Shown here piece after piece: positions 39,827 to 50,774 of a stretch of DNA of 64,000 nt. Under the pieces are notes generated by a model, which did no database searches, was not told the origin of the DNA, and saw only the letters and a list, made by a program, of their open reading frames with translations. How positions within the stretch are numbered: position 1 is the stretch's first letter; every line of letters begins with the position of its first letter. This DNA is from Candidatus Eiseniibacteriota bacterium (lineage in GTDB: Bacteria; Eisenbacteria; RBG-16-71-46): NCBI GenBank assembly GCA_963725865.1, contig CAVSAC010000010.1, positions 1 to 64,000 of the forward strand, given 5' to 3'. The translations under genes and the position numbers were made by a program.

Positions 39827-41743
39827 TCAATCCTCCAGGCGCGACAGGCCGAGCCGCGCGGTCCAGGCGAAGAACCGTTCGATCGCATCCGGAGCGGCCA
39901 CGCCGCTCTCGATCCACACCAACACCGCGATCTGGCCCAGCGTACGCTCTCCGTCGGCGGCGTACCACGCCAGCTCGAACGTGGTCTCGCCCCCGGGCGC
40001 GGCCAGGTCCTCGGCCCGCCGCTGCTCGCGCTCCGCCGCCGTCTGATCGCGCCAGCCGGGCAGCACGTGACGCATCGTCTCGAGCGGGGCGCCGTGCAGC
40101 CGCACCGGCCGCGCGGTGCGCCGCGTGACGCCACCCTCGGCGGTGAGCGCGGCGGGCAGCTCGCCCTGCGGCGGCAGACCCTCGCGGCCGGCGAACTCGC
40201 CGAGCGTGCGGATCGCGGTGACCACCTCGGACTCCGGCAGCCCGAACCGCGCGAGGCTCGCCAGCGCCGCGTGAGCGCCCAGTCGCTCGCGCGCGACGCG
40301 GCGGCCCGCATCGGTCGCCTCGGCCGCCGCCAGCAGCCGCCGGCGCGCGTTGCGCCCCACCAGCCCCAGCAGCCAGCGCACCTCGTCGTCCGCCGCGGCC
40401 GCCACGAACGCCGCGTAGGTCGCGGCACAGCGCGCGCTCAGCGCGAGCGAGCGCGGATCGCAGCGCTCGGGCGTGTCGAGCGAGGAGTGGTAGTAGCGGT
40501 CCGGCCACTGGATCAGCAGCGGACACGGCACGTCGATCGCGGGATCGATGAACACTGCGTGGTCGCTGCCGCCCGAATACGGCACCTCGGCCATGCGGGT
40601 GCGCGGCACGTAGCCGGGGCCGCTGTACGAGTGGACCCAGTCCACCGCCTCCTCGCGGATGCGTCCCAGCAGCGGCTCGGCGAACGACGCGGCGAAGCAC
40701 GGCGGATGCTCCAGCAGGAACGTGCTGCCGACCGCCTCCTGGTCGGCCCCCACCATGTCGAGGTTGAGCGCCGCGACCACCTGCCGCGCTCGCCCGGGAT
40801 CGCGACCCAGCCAGGCGAACGTGCCGGTCAGCTCGGGCACCCACAGGAACCGCACGCTGCGCGAACGGGCGGCCGGGAGCACGCCCGCGCGCCGCAGCGC
40901 CAGCAGCGCGCGCAGCGACTCGAGCGCGGCCGCCGCGCCCGAGGCGTTGTCGTTCGCGGAGGGTCGCGGGTGGCAGAGGTGCGCGAGCACCACCACCTCG
41001 CCCGCCCGCTCCCCGGGCACCACGGCGGAGACCAGCGGGATCGCGGTCGCGAACGCCCGCGAGCGCACCAGCACCTCCACCTCCAGTTGCGCGCCAGCGC
41101 GCAACCGCTCGCGCAGGGCCCGCGCAACCCGCGGGCTGAGCGCGAAGCCCCAGCCGCGCGGCTGGTCGCCCGCCCACCAGAACGACGTGTACGCGATCGC
41201 GTCCAGATCGGTGTCGGGCCCGCGCACCGGGTCCACCAGCCGCCGCGTGTCGGTCAGGATCCCGGCCGCGCCGTGCTGCTCGACCGCCAGCGCGTGCACG
41301 CGCATCGCGGGCCCCGACGCCAGCACCACGGCCCCGCTCACCGGGCGGCCGACGTAGTGCGCGGGCTCGGTCCCCTCGCCCACGTCGACGATCGCGAAGC
41401 GCCCTTCGGCCGGCGCGCTGCGCTGGATCAGCGACAGCGGCTCCTCGGACCAGTCGGCCACCGGCTCCCGGCGGCCACCGTCGATCACGACGGCGCGCGC
41501 CTGGTCGCACCACCAGCCCTCGGGCATCATCGCGCCCAGGTAGCGCGTGCGGCCGTCGCCGGTCACCGCCTCGACCTCGGGCTCGACACCGAGTGCACGC
41601 AGCGAGCCCCTCAACCACTCCGCCGCCTCGTCGTAGCCCGGGCTCGCCTGAATGCGATGGAAGCGCGCGATCGCGCGGACGTCGGCGAGCGCGCGGGCGC
41701 CGTCGACCTGCCGGCGGACGGCTTCGAGCAGCGGTCGGAACAT
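39827..41743 (-). CDS. DUF4910 / M28-like zinc peptidase-fold protein with PA-like insert
   Basis: HRIQASPGY, AHLCHPRPSANDNASG, PELTGT, NLDMVG, GSDH, YYHSSLDT. True start at ATG 41743. Confidence 0.88.
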   Translation of the reverse strand: MFRPLLEAVRRQVDGARALADVRAIARFHRIQASPGYDEAAEWLRGSLRALGVEPEVEAVTGDGRTRYLGAMMPEGWWCDQARAVVIDGGRREPVADWSEEPLSLIQRSAPAEGRFAIVDVGEGTEPAHYVGRPVSGAVVLASGPAMRVHALAVEQHGAAGILTDTRRLVDPVRGPDTDLDAIAYTSFWWAGDQPRGWGFALSPRVARALRERLRAGAQLEVEVLVRSRAFATAIPLVSAVVPGERAGEVVVLAHLCHPRPSANDNASGAAAALESLRALLALRRAGVLPAARSRSVRFLWVPELTGTFAWLGRDPGRARQVVAALNLDMVGADQEAVGSTFLLEHPPCFAASFAEPLLGRIREEAVDWVHSYSGPGYVPRTRMAEVPYSGGSDHAVFIDPAIDVPCPLLIQWPDRYYHSSLDTPERCDPRSLALSARCAATYAAFVAAAADDEVRWLLGLVGRNARRRLLAAAEATDAGRRVARERLGAHAALASLARFGLPESEVVTAIRTLGEFAGREGLPPQGELPAALTAEGGVTRRTARPVRLHGAPLETMRHVLPGWRDQTAAEREQRRAEDLAAPGGETTFELAWYAADGERTLGQIAVLVWIESGVAAPDAIERFFAWTARLGLSRLED

Positions 41744-41760
41744 GGGGAGTCGTCCCTTCG

Positions 41761-43095
41761 TCAGGCGGCCGGCGGTGTCCGGCGTGCGCGCAGCGCGAGC
41801 ACGAGGACGGTGGCGGCCGGGAGCCCGTACTCGACCCAGCGCCACGCCAGCGGGAGGTGGAATGCACGGCCTTCGGACGGCGTCGCGAGCACGCCGTAGT
41901 TGAGGATCGCGGTGAGCGAGAGCACCAGCCACCCCCACCCGAGGCGCAGCGGCTGGAAGCACAGCATCCAGCCCAGGTACCACGGGTGCAGCACCGGCGA
42001 GGTCAGCAGCACGGCGCCGAGCCCGCTGCGCGTCGCGTCCTCCGGGCTGCGCGCGCGCCACCACGCCAGCGCGCAGACGGCGCCGACCAGCAGCAGCGAC
42101 ACCGAGCGCGCGGGCGCGAACCCGCCGCACAGCCGGTCGAGGTAGACGAACACCAGCTCGTTGTTGCGCCACTGGCCCCAGTAGGCGGCGAGCCCCGAGT
42201 AGGTCGCCCGAGTGAGGCTCCAGAACCACGCGAGGCCGACGGCCGGCAGCACCACCGCCACCACCCGCGCCCGCCACGGCCAGCTCCGCATCACGAACGG
42301 CAGCGCCACCAGCGGCACCAGCTTCACCATCGCCGCGGCCGCCAGGCAGACCGCGGCGGCCACCGGGCGCTCGGCCGCCAGCACGAACGCGAGCACCATC
42401 CACAGCATCGCGGTCGGATCGTTGTGCCCGCTGCCCGCGTAGTGCACGAGCACCAGCGGATTCCACGCGTACGCGAGCGCCGCGGCGGCGCTGCCGGTGC
42501 GCCGCCGCGCCCACACCATCAGCACCAGCACCAGTGCGAGATCGTGCAGCACCACCCACGCCTTCATCGCCAGCACCGTCGGCGACAGCCACGCCACCAG
42601 CGCGAACCCCGCCTCGGCGAGCGGCGGATAGATGGTGGCGAGCTCCTTGTGGTTGATCCCCGGCCAGATCAGGCCGTCGCGCAGCGCGGTCAGCGCCGGA
42701 TCGAGCGGATTCTGGGTGTAGGGATTGCCACCGTGGACCAGCACCTGTCCTTCCCACACGTAGCGGAACAGGTCGCCGGACAAGGACGGCGGCAGGGGCA
42801 GCAGCACCAGCCGCGCCGCCAGCGCGACTCCGAACACCGCCCACTCCACGCGCGGGAGCGCGCGATAGCGGGGCAGACGCAGCAGCGCGAGCGCGTAGAA
42901 CGCGAACGCCACCGCGTAGAGCGCCTGGAACGTGCCGAGCGCCCAGAACCACGACGGCAGGCGGCCGAGCAGCGCCACCGCCAGCAGCAACCCGAGCCCG
43001 AGCGCGCACAGCTCGAGCGCCGCGCCGAACGGACCCGGCGGATGCGCCGCCGGCGTGCCTTCGACGAGCTGGAGCGGGGGGCGCGGAGCGCTCAC
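41761..43095 (-). CDS. GT87-like (GT-C fold) integral membrane glycosyltransferase
   Basis: SGDLFRYVWEG, NPY, TIYPP, YAWNPL, GHND, K..P, LHPWY, many TM helices. Confidence 0.85.
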   Translation of the reverse strand: MSAPRPPLQLVEGTPAAHPPGPFGAALELCALGLGLLLAVALLGRLPSWFWALGTFQALYAVAFAFYALALLRLPRYRALPRVEWAVFGVALAARLVLLPLPPSLSGDLFRYVWEGQVLVHGGNPYTQNPLDPALTALRDGLIWPGINHKELATIYPPLAEAGFALVAWLSPTVLAMKAWVVLHDLALVLVLMVWARRRTGSAAAALAYAWNPLVLVHYAGSGHNDPTAMLWMVLAFVLAAERPVAAAVCLAAAAMVKLVPLVALPFVMRSWPWRARVVAVVLPAVGLAWFWSLTRATYSGLAAYWGQWRNNELVFVYLDRLCGGFAPARSVSLLLVGAVCALAWWRARSPEDATRSGLGAVLLTSPVLHPWYLGWMLCFQPLRLGWGWLVLSLTAILNYGVLATPSEGRAFHLPLAWRWVEYGLPAATVLVLALRARRTPPAA

Positions 43096-43116
43096 GGGCG
43101 GGCGCCTGACGCCGCG

Positions 43117-45255
43117 CTAGCGGCTCTTCGGCACGACGACCCGCGCGGAGCGGATCGCCGCGTTGCCCGCCAGGTCGACGGCGCGCACGCTCACCGAATG
43201 CTCGCCCGCCTCGACCTTGTCGAGCCGCGCGCGGAACGCCGCCGCGCGCTCGTCGGTGAGGCCCCCGTCCGGGCTCACGGTGCGCCAGTCGCCGTCGTCG
43301 ATCGCGACCTCGAGCCGCGACAGCGGGCTCGTGGCGTCCTCGGCGCGGCCGCTGACGCGGATCGCGCCGGGCTCCGCGGTGGCCTCGAACGCGCTCACCA
43401 CCGGCGGCGTGTTGTCGAGCGTGAACGGCTCCGAGAGCACCTGCGTCAGGTACTCCTCGCCCACCGCGTTGCCGGGCGCGTCGCTCGCCTGCACGCGCAG
43501 CCGATAGAGTCCGTCGGGCAGCGCGTTGGTGTCCCACGTGAACGCGCTGTCGTCGAGGTCCTCGCCGAGCTTGAACCACGCGCCGTCGGGCTCGTGGTGC
43601 GCGTCGACGCGGTAGCGCAGCGCGTCGCCGTTCGGATCGACGCCCTTCCACTGCACGGTGCGCAGCCCACGCGCCCAGGCCGGCAGCGCCCGCAGCAGCT
43701 TGGGGCTGGGAGTGCCGGGCACCGAGTACTCCACCTTCTGCCCGCCCGCCAGCGTCTGCGTGACGGCCTCCATGCGCGGCTGCAGCTCGCCCTCGCGGAA
43801 CCCGCTGCCCTGAGGCGCGACGGTCAGCTCCTCGATGCGCGGCGGCTGGTTCTGTTCGCGCCAGGCGGCCTCGACCGACGCGACGCGCGGATTGCCGCCC
43901 GCGAGCACGACCTTCCACTGCAGGTAGCGGGCGTTCGGCAGCGCGGGCTTGACCGCGCCGTCGGCGGCGTTGCCGCCCGCCCACGCGGTCCAGGTGGTGT
44001 CGGGCGGATCGCTGTTGCCGGAGCGCGCGAACAGGTCCACGCGGCCGCCGTTGGCGGCGCCGTTCCAGCGCAGCGATCCGAACCGCGCGAAACGGCGCGC
44101 GTCGTACACCTGCGAGAGCAGCTCGCCCTGGCTCGCGCGCGCGGGGCCGACCTTCCAGAGCGCGGCGGGATTCGAGGTCGCGGCGAACAGCAGGCCGCCG
44201 GGACCCTCGGCGAGCGCGGTGACCTGGCCCTGCGGCAGCGCCAGCAGCTGCGAGGCGCCGGTGCGCTCGAGGCGGTAGAGCGCCGCGCGCGATCCGGTCG
44301 CCGCCACCACCGCGTCGCCGGCGCGCTGGAGCGCGAACACGAATGTCTGCGGCGCGGTCCACAGCGCGAACGCGGAGGAGTCCGGCACGATCCGGTAGAC
44401 CACCGTGCGCCCACCGCTCACCGCCGCGGTCGCGGGCCGCGGATTGTCGCTGTCGTCGTCCTCGTTCACCGCCGAGGCGCTGAGCGCGGCGGCGTAGAGC
44501 GCGCCGTCGGCGCCGAACGCGAGGGCGCGGATCTCGTCCTCGGCCGCGTCGAACACGGTGCGCGCGGTGCCGTCGGCCGCCACGTGCACCAGCCGCCCGC
44601 GCGAGTCCCCACCGGCGTACACGCCGCCGTGTCCATCGGGCAGCAGGCACACCAGGTTGCTCTCGTCGGTGTCGAGCACCGTGCGCACGCTGCCCTCGGC
44701 GATCCGCAGCAGGCGCCCGCGGGTGCCGGATGCCGCCCACCAGCCGCCCTTCGCGGCCGGCGCCAGCGCCCACACGTAGCGCTCGCCGGTGCGCGCGAGC
44801 CGCGTGGTGTCGCCGCGCGCCGAGATCCGCCACAGCATCCCGTCGGGACCGGTCCCCGCCACCACGCCGTCGCCGTCCGCAGCGAGTGCCAGCACCTGCC
44901 CGCTGCTCACCCGCGCCCACGGGCGGATGCGGCCGTCGGGCGTCCAGCGGTCGATGCGCCCGTGGTCGCCGCCGATCGCGACCGAGCCGTCCTTCAGCAC
45001 CGCGAGCGCCCACACCACGCCGAGGCTGTCGGCGCGGGTCTGCACCGCCGCGGGGCCCAGCTCGAGCACGCCGTCGGGGCCGGCGACGATCCCGCGCGCC
45101 TCGCCCTTCGCGTGGTCGGCCGGACTGTCGGCGATCCACCACTGCGTGTCGGATGCGGATGCCGGCGCCGCGGCGAGCGCGACCATCAGCAGCAGGCACG
45201 CGAGCGGGGCGCGGGAGCACTTGCGAGTGGACGGCACGAACCCTCCGGTGGTCAT
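43117..45255 (-). CDS. Secreted beta-propeller protein with C-terminal Ig/FN3-like domains
   Basis: Signal-like hydrophobic stretch, repeated VWALA..dG..aG(T)G..G.L.r blades, RSGNSDPPDTTW, DPNGD.L.Y, LPDG.Y..RV.ASD, DNTPP, AVDLAGN. ATG overlaps the upstream stop (ATGA). Confidence 0.82.
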   Translation of the reverse strand: MTTGGFVPSTRKCSRAPLACLLLMVALAAAPASASDTQWWIADSPADHAKGEARGIVAGPDGVLELGPAAVQTRADSLGVVWALAVLKDGSVAIGGDHGRIDRWTPDGRIRPWARVSSGQVLALAADGDGVVAGTGPDGMLWRISARGDTTRLARTGERYVWALAPAAKGGWWAASGTRGRLLRIAEGSVRTVLDTDESNLVCLLPDGHGGVYAGGDSRGRLVHVAADGTARTVFDAAEDEIRALAFGADGALYAAALSASAVNEDDDSDNPRPATAAVSGGRTVVYRIVPDSSAFALWTAPQTFVFALQRAGDAVVAATGSRAALYRLERTGASQLLALPQGQVTALAEGPGGLLFAATSNPAALWKVGPARASQGELLSQVYDARRFARFGSLRWNGAANGGRVDLFARSGNSDPPDTTWTAWAGGNAADGAVKPALPNARYLQWKVVLAGGNPRVASVEAAWREQNQPPRIEELTVAPQGSGFREGELQPRMEAVTQTLAGGQKVEYSVPGTPSPKLLRALPAWARGLRTVQWKGVDPNGDALRYRVDAHHEPDGAWFKLGEDLDDSAFTWDTNALPDGLYRLRVQASDAPGNAVGEEYLTQVLSEPFTLDNTPPVVSAFEATAEPGAIRVSGRAEDATSPLSRLEVAIDDGDWRTVSPDGGLTDERAAAFRARLDKVEAGEHSVSVRAVDLAGNAAIRSARVVVPKSR

Positions 45256-47084
45256 GGGGCTTTCGAATCGACGTTGACGTCGAGCAGCAGCTGACCGCGC
45301 ACCACGCCGGGCAGCGCGTCGCGCTGCTCGCCGAGCATCGCCAGTTCGCCGCGGCGTCCGCGCTCGCCGGCGCTCAGCGGGCTCGCGAGCACGGTCAGCG
45401 CCGACAGCGGCAGGTCGGGATAGTCGCGCCCGTCCGACGTCACCTCGGGCGCGCGCGCCAGCAGTGCGGCGTACAGGCCGTCGCTGCCGCGCGAGGCCTG
45501 CAGGCGGCGCCACGCGTCGTCGAGCGAGGTCGGCTGGAAGTGCGCGGGCAGGCGGGTGGACTCGTAGCGCGTGTACTCCGTCGCGCCGCCGATGAACAAC
45601 AGGTAGTGCCCATCCGGGGTCTCCTCCGGCACCGCCACGTCGAGCGTGCGCACCTCGGTGCCGCCGCGCCAGCGCTCCAGCTCGGCCCGCACCCGCGCGG
45701 TCCCGCCGGGTCGCACGCTGGCCGACAGCAGCCGCGCGCTGCGCAGCGCCCACTGCTCGCGCACCGGGTCCACCACCACGTCCACCGTCACGCTGTCGAG
45801 TGTCACGCGCGCGAACGGGTTGTTGAGCACGAAGCGCAGCGGCGAGACGACGCCGCCCGCGAAATCGCTCGGCGGCGCGTCGCCGGCCGCCACGTCGGAG
45901 ATCACCAACGGAACCGCGCCCGCACGGTAGAGACGCAGCGTCCAGCGCAACGTCTGCGCGCCGCTCGCGCCGCCGCTCTCGAGCAGGCTGTTGCCGGCCG
46001 CGGCCCCGATCAGGCCGGGCGCGATGAAGCGGTCCTCGATGCTCTCGAAGCGGAACGTCTGGCGCGGGCGCCGCGGCCCGCTGACGGTGACGCGCAGCGG
46101 CATCAGGCGCGCGCTGCCCCCCACGCGGCCCGCGACCGCGGGGCGGCGATCCTGGGTCGCCACGCCGGCAGGCTGACCGCGGACGCCGAGCTTGAACGAC
46201 GAGCCGAGGCTCGGGATCACGGTGACGATCTCTGCGGTCGACAGCGGCAGGCTCACCTCGCCCGCCTGGAAGAACGGATGCCCGAAGATCAGGATGCGGT
46301 CGCCGTCGCGATAGGTCACGGTGCCGATCGCCGACAGCTGCAGGTCACCACGCATCACGTCCACCGCGACCGCGGCACCCGGCACCAGCGCGTCCGCGGA
46401 GGGCCCGGCCCCCACCGCGCGTCCGCCCGGCACCGCGGTGAAGCCGAGCGGCGCGACGGTGAGCGCGAGCGCGTCGAGCGCCGCGGGATCGAGGCCGTTG
46501 CACACGAGCGGGATCGGCAACCGCAGCGGCCGCCCGGAGAGCGGCTCCGGCGTGGTAGCCACGGGCGGATCAGCCGCCGCGTCGTCGTCGTCCCAGTGGA
46601 ACTCGCGGAATCGCGGCGCGGGGCCGCCGCGGCCCAGCTCGACTCCAGCGGGGCCGTTGCTCGGCTCGCCGGGCGGGGCGTCGGGCAGATCCAGCACCGC
46701 GAGCATCTCCTGGATCGGCGTGATGCCGAAGACCGGCTCCTTCGAGAACTGCCAGCCCGACGACAGTGCCCCGATCAGCCGCCCGTCGACGTACACCGGC
46801 GAGCCGCTCATGCCGGCGGCGACCCCGGAGCGCACCACGCGCTCGGAGAGCGCCCGCGCCACGATCATGTCGCCGTCGGCGCGTCCGCTGTGGAGGACGC
46901 CGAGGATCTCGGCCGAGAAGGTGTCGATCTTGGCACCCTCGAACACGGTGCGCACCACGGCGGTCTGGCCGGGGCGCAGCGCGTCGATGTCGAGGGTGGG
47001 AACGGACGGGGCCGCGCCGGCGGGCCGCGGCGATGCCGCGAGGGCGGGGACGAGCGCGAGGGCGCACAGCCAGCGGGGAGTCAC
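45252..47084 (-). CDS. Secreted SpoIVB peptidase S55-domain protein
   Basis: Signal peptide, GVAAGMSGSPVYVDGRLIGAL, AIGTVTY..ILIFGHPF. Confidence 0.88.
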   Translation of the reverse strand: MTPRWLCALALVPALAASPRPAGAAPSVPTLDIDALRPGQTAVVRTVFEGAKIDTFSAEILGVLHSGRADGDMIVARALSERVVRSGVAAGMSGSPVYVDGRLIGALSSGWQFSKEPVFGITPIQEMLAVLDLPDAPPGEPSNGPAGVELGRGGPAPRFREFHWDDDDAAADPPVATTPEPLSGRPLRLPIPLVCNGLDPAALDALALTVAPLGFTAVPGGRAVGAGPSADALVPGAAVAVDVMRGDLQLSAIGTVTYRDGDRILIFGHPFFQAGEVSLPLSTAEIVTVIPSLGSSFKLGVRGQPAGVATQDRRPAVAGRVGGSARLMPLRVTVSGPRRPRQTFRFESIEDRFIAPGLIGAAAGNSLLESGGASGAQTLRWTLRLYRAGAVPLVISDVAAGDAPPSDFAGGVVSPLRFVLNNPFARVTLDSVTVDVVVDPVREQWALRSARLLSASVRPGGTARVRAELERWRGGTEVRTLDVAVPEETPDGHYLLFIGGATEYTRYESTRLPAHFQPTSLDDAWRRLQASRGSDGLYAALLARAPEVTSDGRDYPDLPLSALTVLASPLSAGERGRRGELAMLGEQRDALPGVVRGQLLLDVNVDSKAP

Positions 47085-47092
47085 GGCGGCGC

Positions 47093-47187
47093 ACTCTAGC
47101 AGAGGGTGCGGAGCGCGCCAACGCCTGAACCGGTGCGATGCGCAGGCTTTGCCGTCGCTTGAAACCCGTCCCGCCGCGCCCTAGAGT
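47093..47187. promoter_or_regulatory. Back-to-back sigma70 promoters, both probably leaderless
   Basis: Minus strand: TTGGCG-N17-TAGAGT, 8 nt before GTG 47084. Plus strand: TTGAAA-N17-TAGAGT, 9 nt before ATG 47197. Confidence 0.65.
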
Positions 47188-47196
47188 GCGCCCCTC

Positions 47197-49050
<1,854 letters not shown>

Positions 49051-49072
49051 CGCCGTCGCGCGAGGAGGGGCG

Positions 49073-49402
49073 ATGGACCGATCCATGATCACCACCGGAC
49101 TCGAAGTGCCCGGCACCCGCATCGTGCGCCCGCTCGGGATCGTGCGTGGCATCACCGTGCGGTCGCGCTCGGTGCTGGGCAACCTGGGTGCCAGCCTGCA
49201 GACGCTGGTGGGCGGCAACATCACGCTCTACACCGAGCTGTGCGAGAAGGCGCGCGAGGAGGCGTTCGACCTGATGGTCGAGCACGCCGTCCAGATGGGC
49301 GCCAACGGCATCGTGGCGATGCGCTACGACGCCAACGAGGTAGCGGAGGGAGTGACCGAGGTGCTCGCCTACGGCACCGCGGTGGTGGTCGAGAGAGCGT
49401 AG
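49073..49402 (+). CDS. YbjQ/UPF0145 family protein
   Basis: [43 protein letters not shown]. Confidence 0.95.
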   Translation: MDRSMITTGLEVPGTRIVRPLGIVRGITVRSRSVLGNLGASLQTLVGGNITLYTELCEKAREEAFDLMVEHAVQMGANGIVAMRYDANEVAEGVTEVLAYGTAVVVERA

Positions 49403-49417
49403 GCGGCCGGAGGCCCC

Positions 49418-49792
49418 GTGCTGAAGCACCTGCTCTATTTCGTGGTGATGGGCGGCGCAATGATGGCGCTTTCGATGTCGGGGATCCTGCCCGGCTTCAC
49501 GGTGGACAACTGGCAGTCCGCGCTGCTGGGCGCGATCGTGCTGGCGGTCGCCAACACCATCCTCAAGCCCATCCTCTTCATCCTCACCCTGCCCATCACG
49601 TTCATCACCCTCGGGCTGTTCCTGCTGGTGCTGAACGCGCTGATGCTGTGGGTGACCGCGGCGATCGTGCCCGGCCTCCACGTGCACGGCGCCCTCACCA
49701 CGCTGCTCGCCTCGCTCATCCTCTCGGCGGTCGGCCTGATCTGGAAGGGCGTCGCCGGCGAGGGGAAGCAGCGCGCCGAGAAGAAGGACTGA
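49418..49792 (+). CDS. 4-TM YvlD/holin superfamily IV membrane protein
   Basis: NTILKPILFILTLPITFITLGLFLLVLNALML. Confidence 0.9.
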   Translation: MLKHLLYFVVMGGAMMALSMSGILPGFTVDNWQSALLGAIVLAVANTILKPILFILTLPITFITLGLFLLVLNALMLWVTAAIVPGLHVHGALTTLLASLILSAVGLIWKGVAGEGKQRAEKKD

Positions 49793-49800
49793 AGCCGAGG

Positions 49801-50478
49801 ATGAAGGGCCACGGACCCCACGATCCACACCACCACACCATCGCCCCCGTCGAGGACGATGGGCGCGACGCGAAGGATCTCGCCCCGGCCGAGAACGCCG
49901 ATCTGTGCGCCGGCTGTGTCAAATGCTGCACCTACATCATCGTCGAGGTCGACGCGCCGCGCGCCGCGTGGGAGTACGACCAGTGGATCTGGGCGCTGCA
50001 TCACGGCGCGATCCAGATGTACGTGGAGCGCCCCGAACACTGGTTCCTGCACATCGAGACGCGCTGCACGCAGCTCCAGGACGACGGCCGCTGCGCGATC
50101 CACGGGCGCCATCCGGTGCTGTGCCGCGAGTACGACCCGCGCTCGTGCGAACGCCGGCTGCCGCTCGCGGACATTCGCGCCTGGTTCCACGACGCCTACG
50201 AGCTGGAAGCGTGGATCGAGCGCGAGCGCCCCACGCACTGGGCGCGCCTGATGGCCTACCGGCGCGACCGCCCCGACGCGCCCCCGCGAGCGGACGTTCA
50301 CGTGGAACGGCGGCGGCGCGAGGCTGCGCGACTGATTCCGGTCGAGGCGCTGATCGGGATGGCGATGCCTGCGCCCGCGAAGGCGCCGCGGGCGCCCTCG
50401 AAAGCCCCGGCGCCCGACCCCGAGGCGGTCGCCGTCGCGAAGTCGGTGTGGATGGGCAAGGGCGCACGACGGGTCTGA
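49801..50478 (+). CDS. YkgJ family cysteine-cluster protein
   Basis: CAGCVKCC...CTQL..GRCAIHGRHPVLCREY..C, His-rich N-terminus. Confidence 0.87.
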   Translation: MKGHGPHDPHHHTIAPVEDDGRDAKDLAPAENADLCAGCVKCCTYIIVEVDAPRAAWEYDQWIWALHHGAIQMYVERPEHWFLHIETRCTQLQDDGRCAIHGRHPVLCREYDPRSCERRLPLADIRAWFHDAYELEAWIERERPTHWARLMAYRRDRPDAPPRADVHVERRRREAARLIPVEALIGMAMPAPAKAPRAPSKAPAPDPEAVAVAKSVWMGKGARRV

Positions 50479-50774
50479 GCGCGAGACGGTTGCCGTGGCG
50501 AAGTCAGTCGGAGTGATTGCGGGGATCGCAGTGATCGATTGCGATTCCGCGTGACAGGCTTCGCGGACCCGGGCGTGCGCAGACCCACCGCTCGTGCTTC
50601 AACCGTGCGCGTGCGTGCGCAGATTGCGCGCAGGCAGCGCGATTTCTCCGCGTTGCCCTCTTGCCTCGTGACGCCCCGCGAGACTCACTCTCTGGGCAGG
50701 CACGGACGCCGCGAACGCGCGTGCTAGAAGTAGAGACTGCCCCCGCGACTCTGCCCCCGCCGCGGAGTCCCGCC

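Noticed and set aside
39827..45220. 1797-aa fusion protein
   Set aside because: Only the last ~638 aa (from ATG 41743) look real. The upstream part overlaps two genuine genes in other frames.
47085..47196. SAM riboswitch upstream of yitJ
   Set aside because: The gap is filled by two divergent promoters and the -10 box lies 9 nt from the ATG, leaving no room for a leader.
49418..49792. Prophage, suggested by a holin-family gene near an HNH gene
   Set aside because: This YvlD-type family is common in chromosomes, and no endolysin, terminase, capsid or integrase genes are present.
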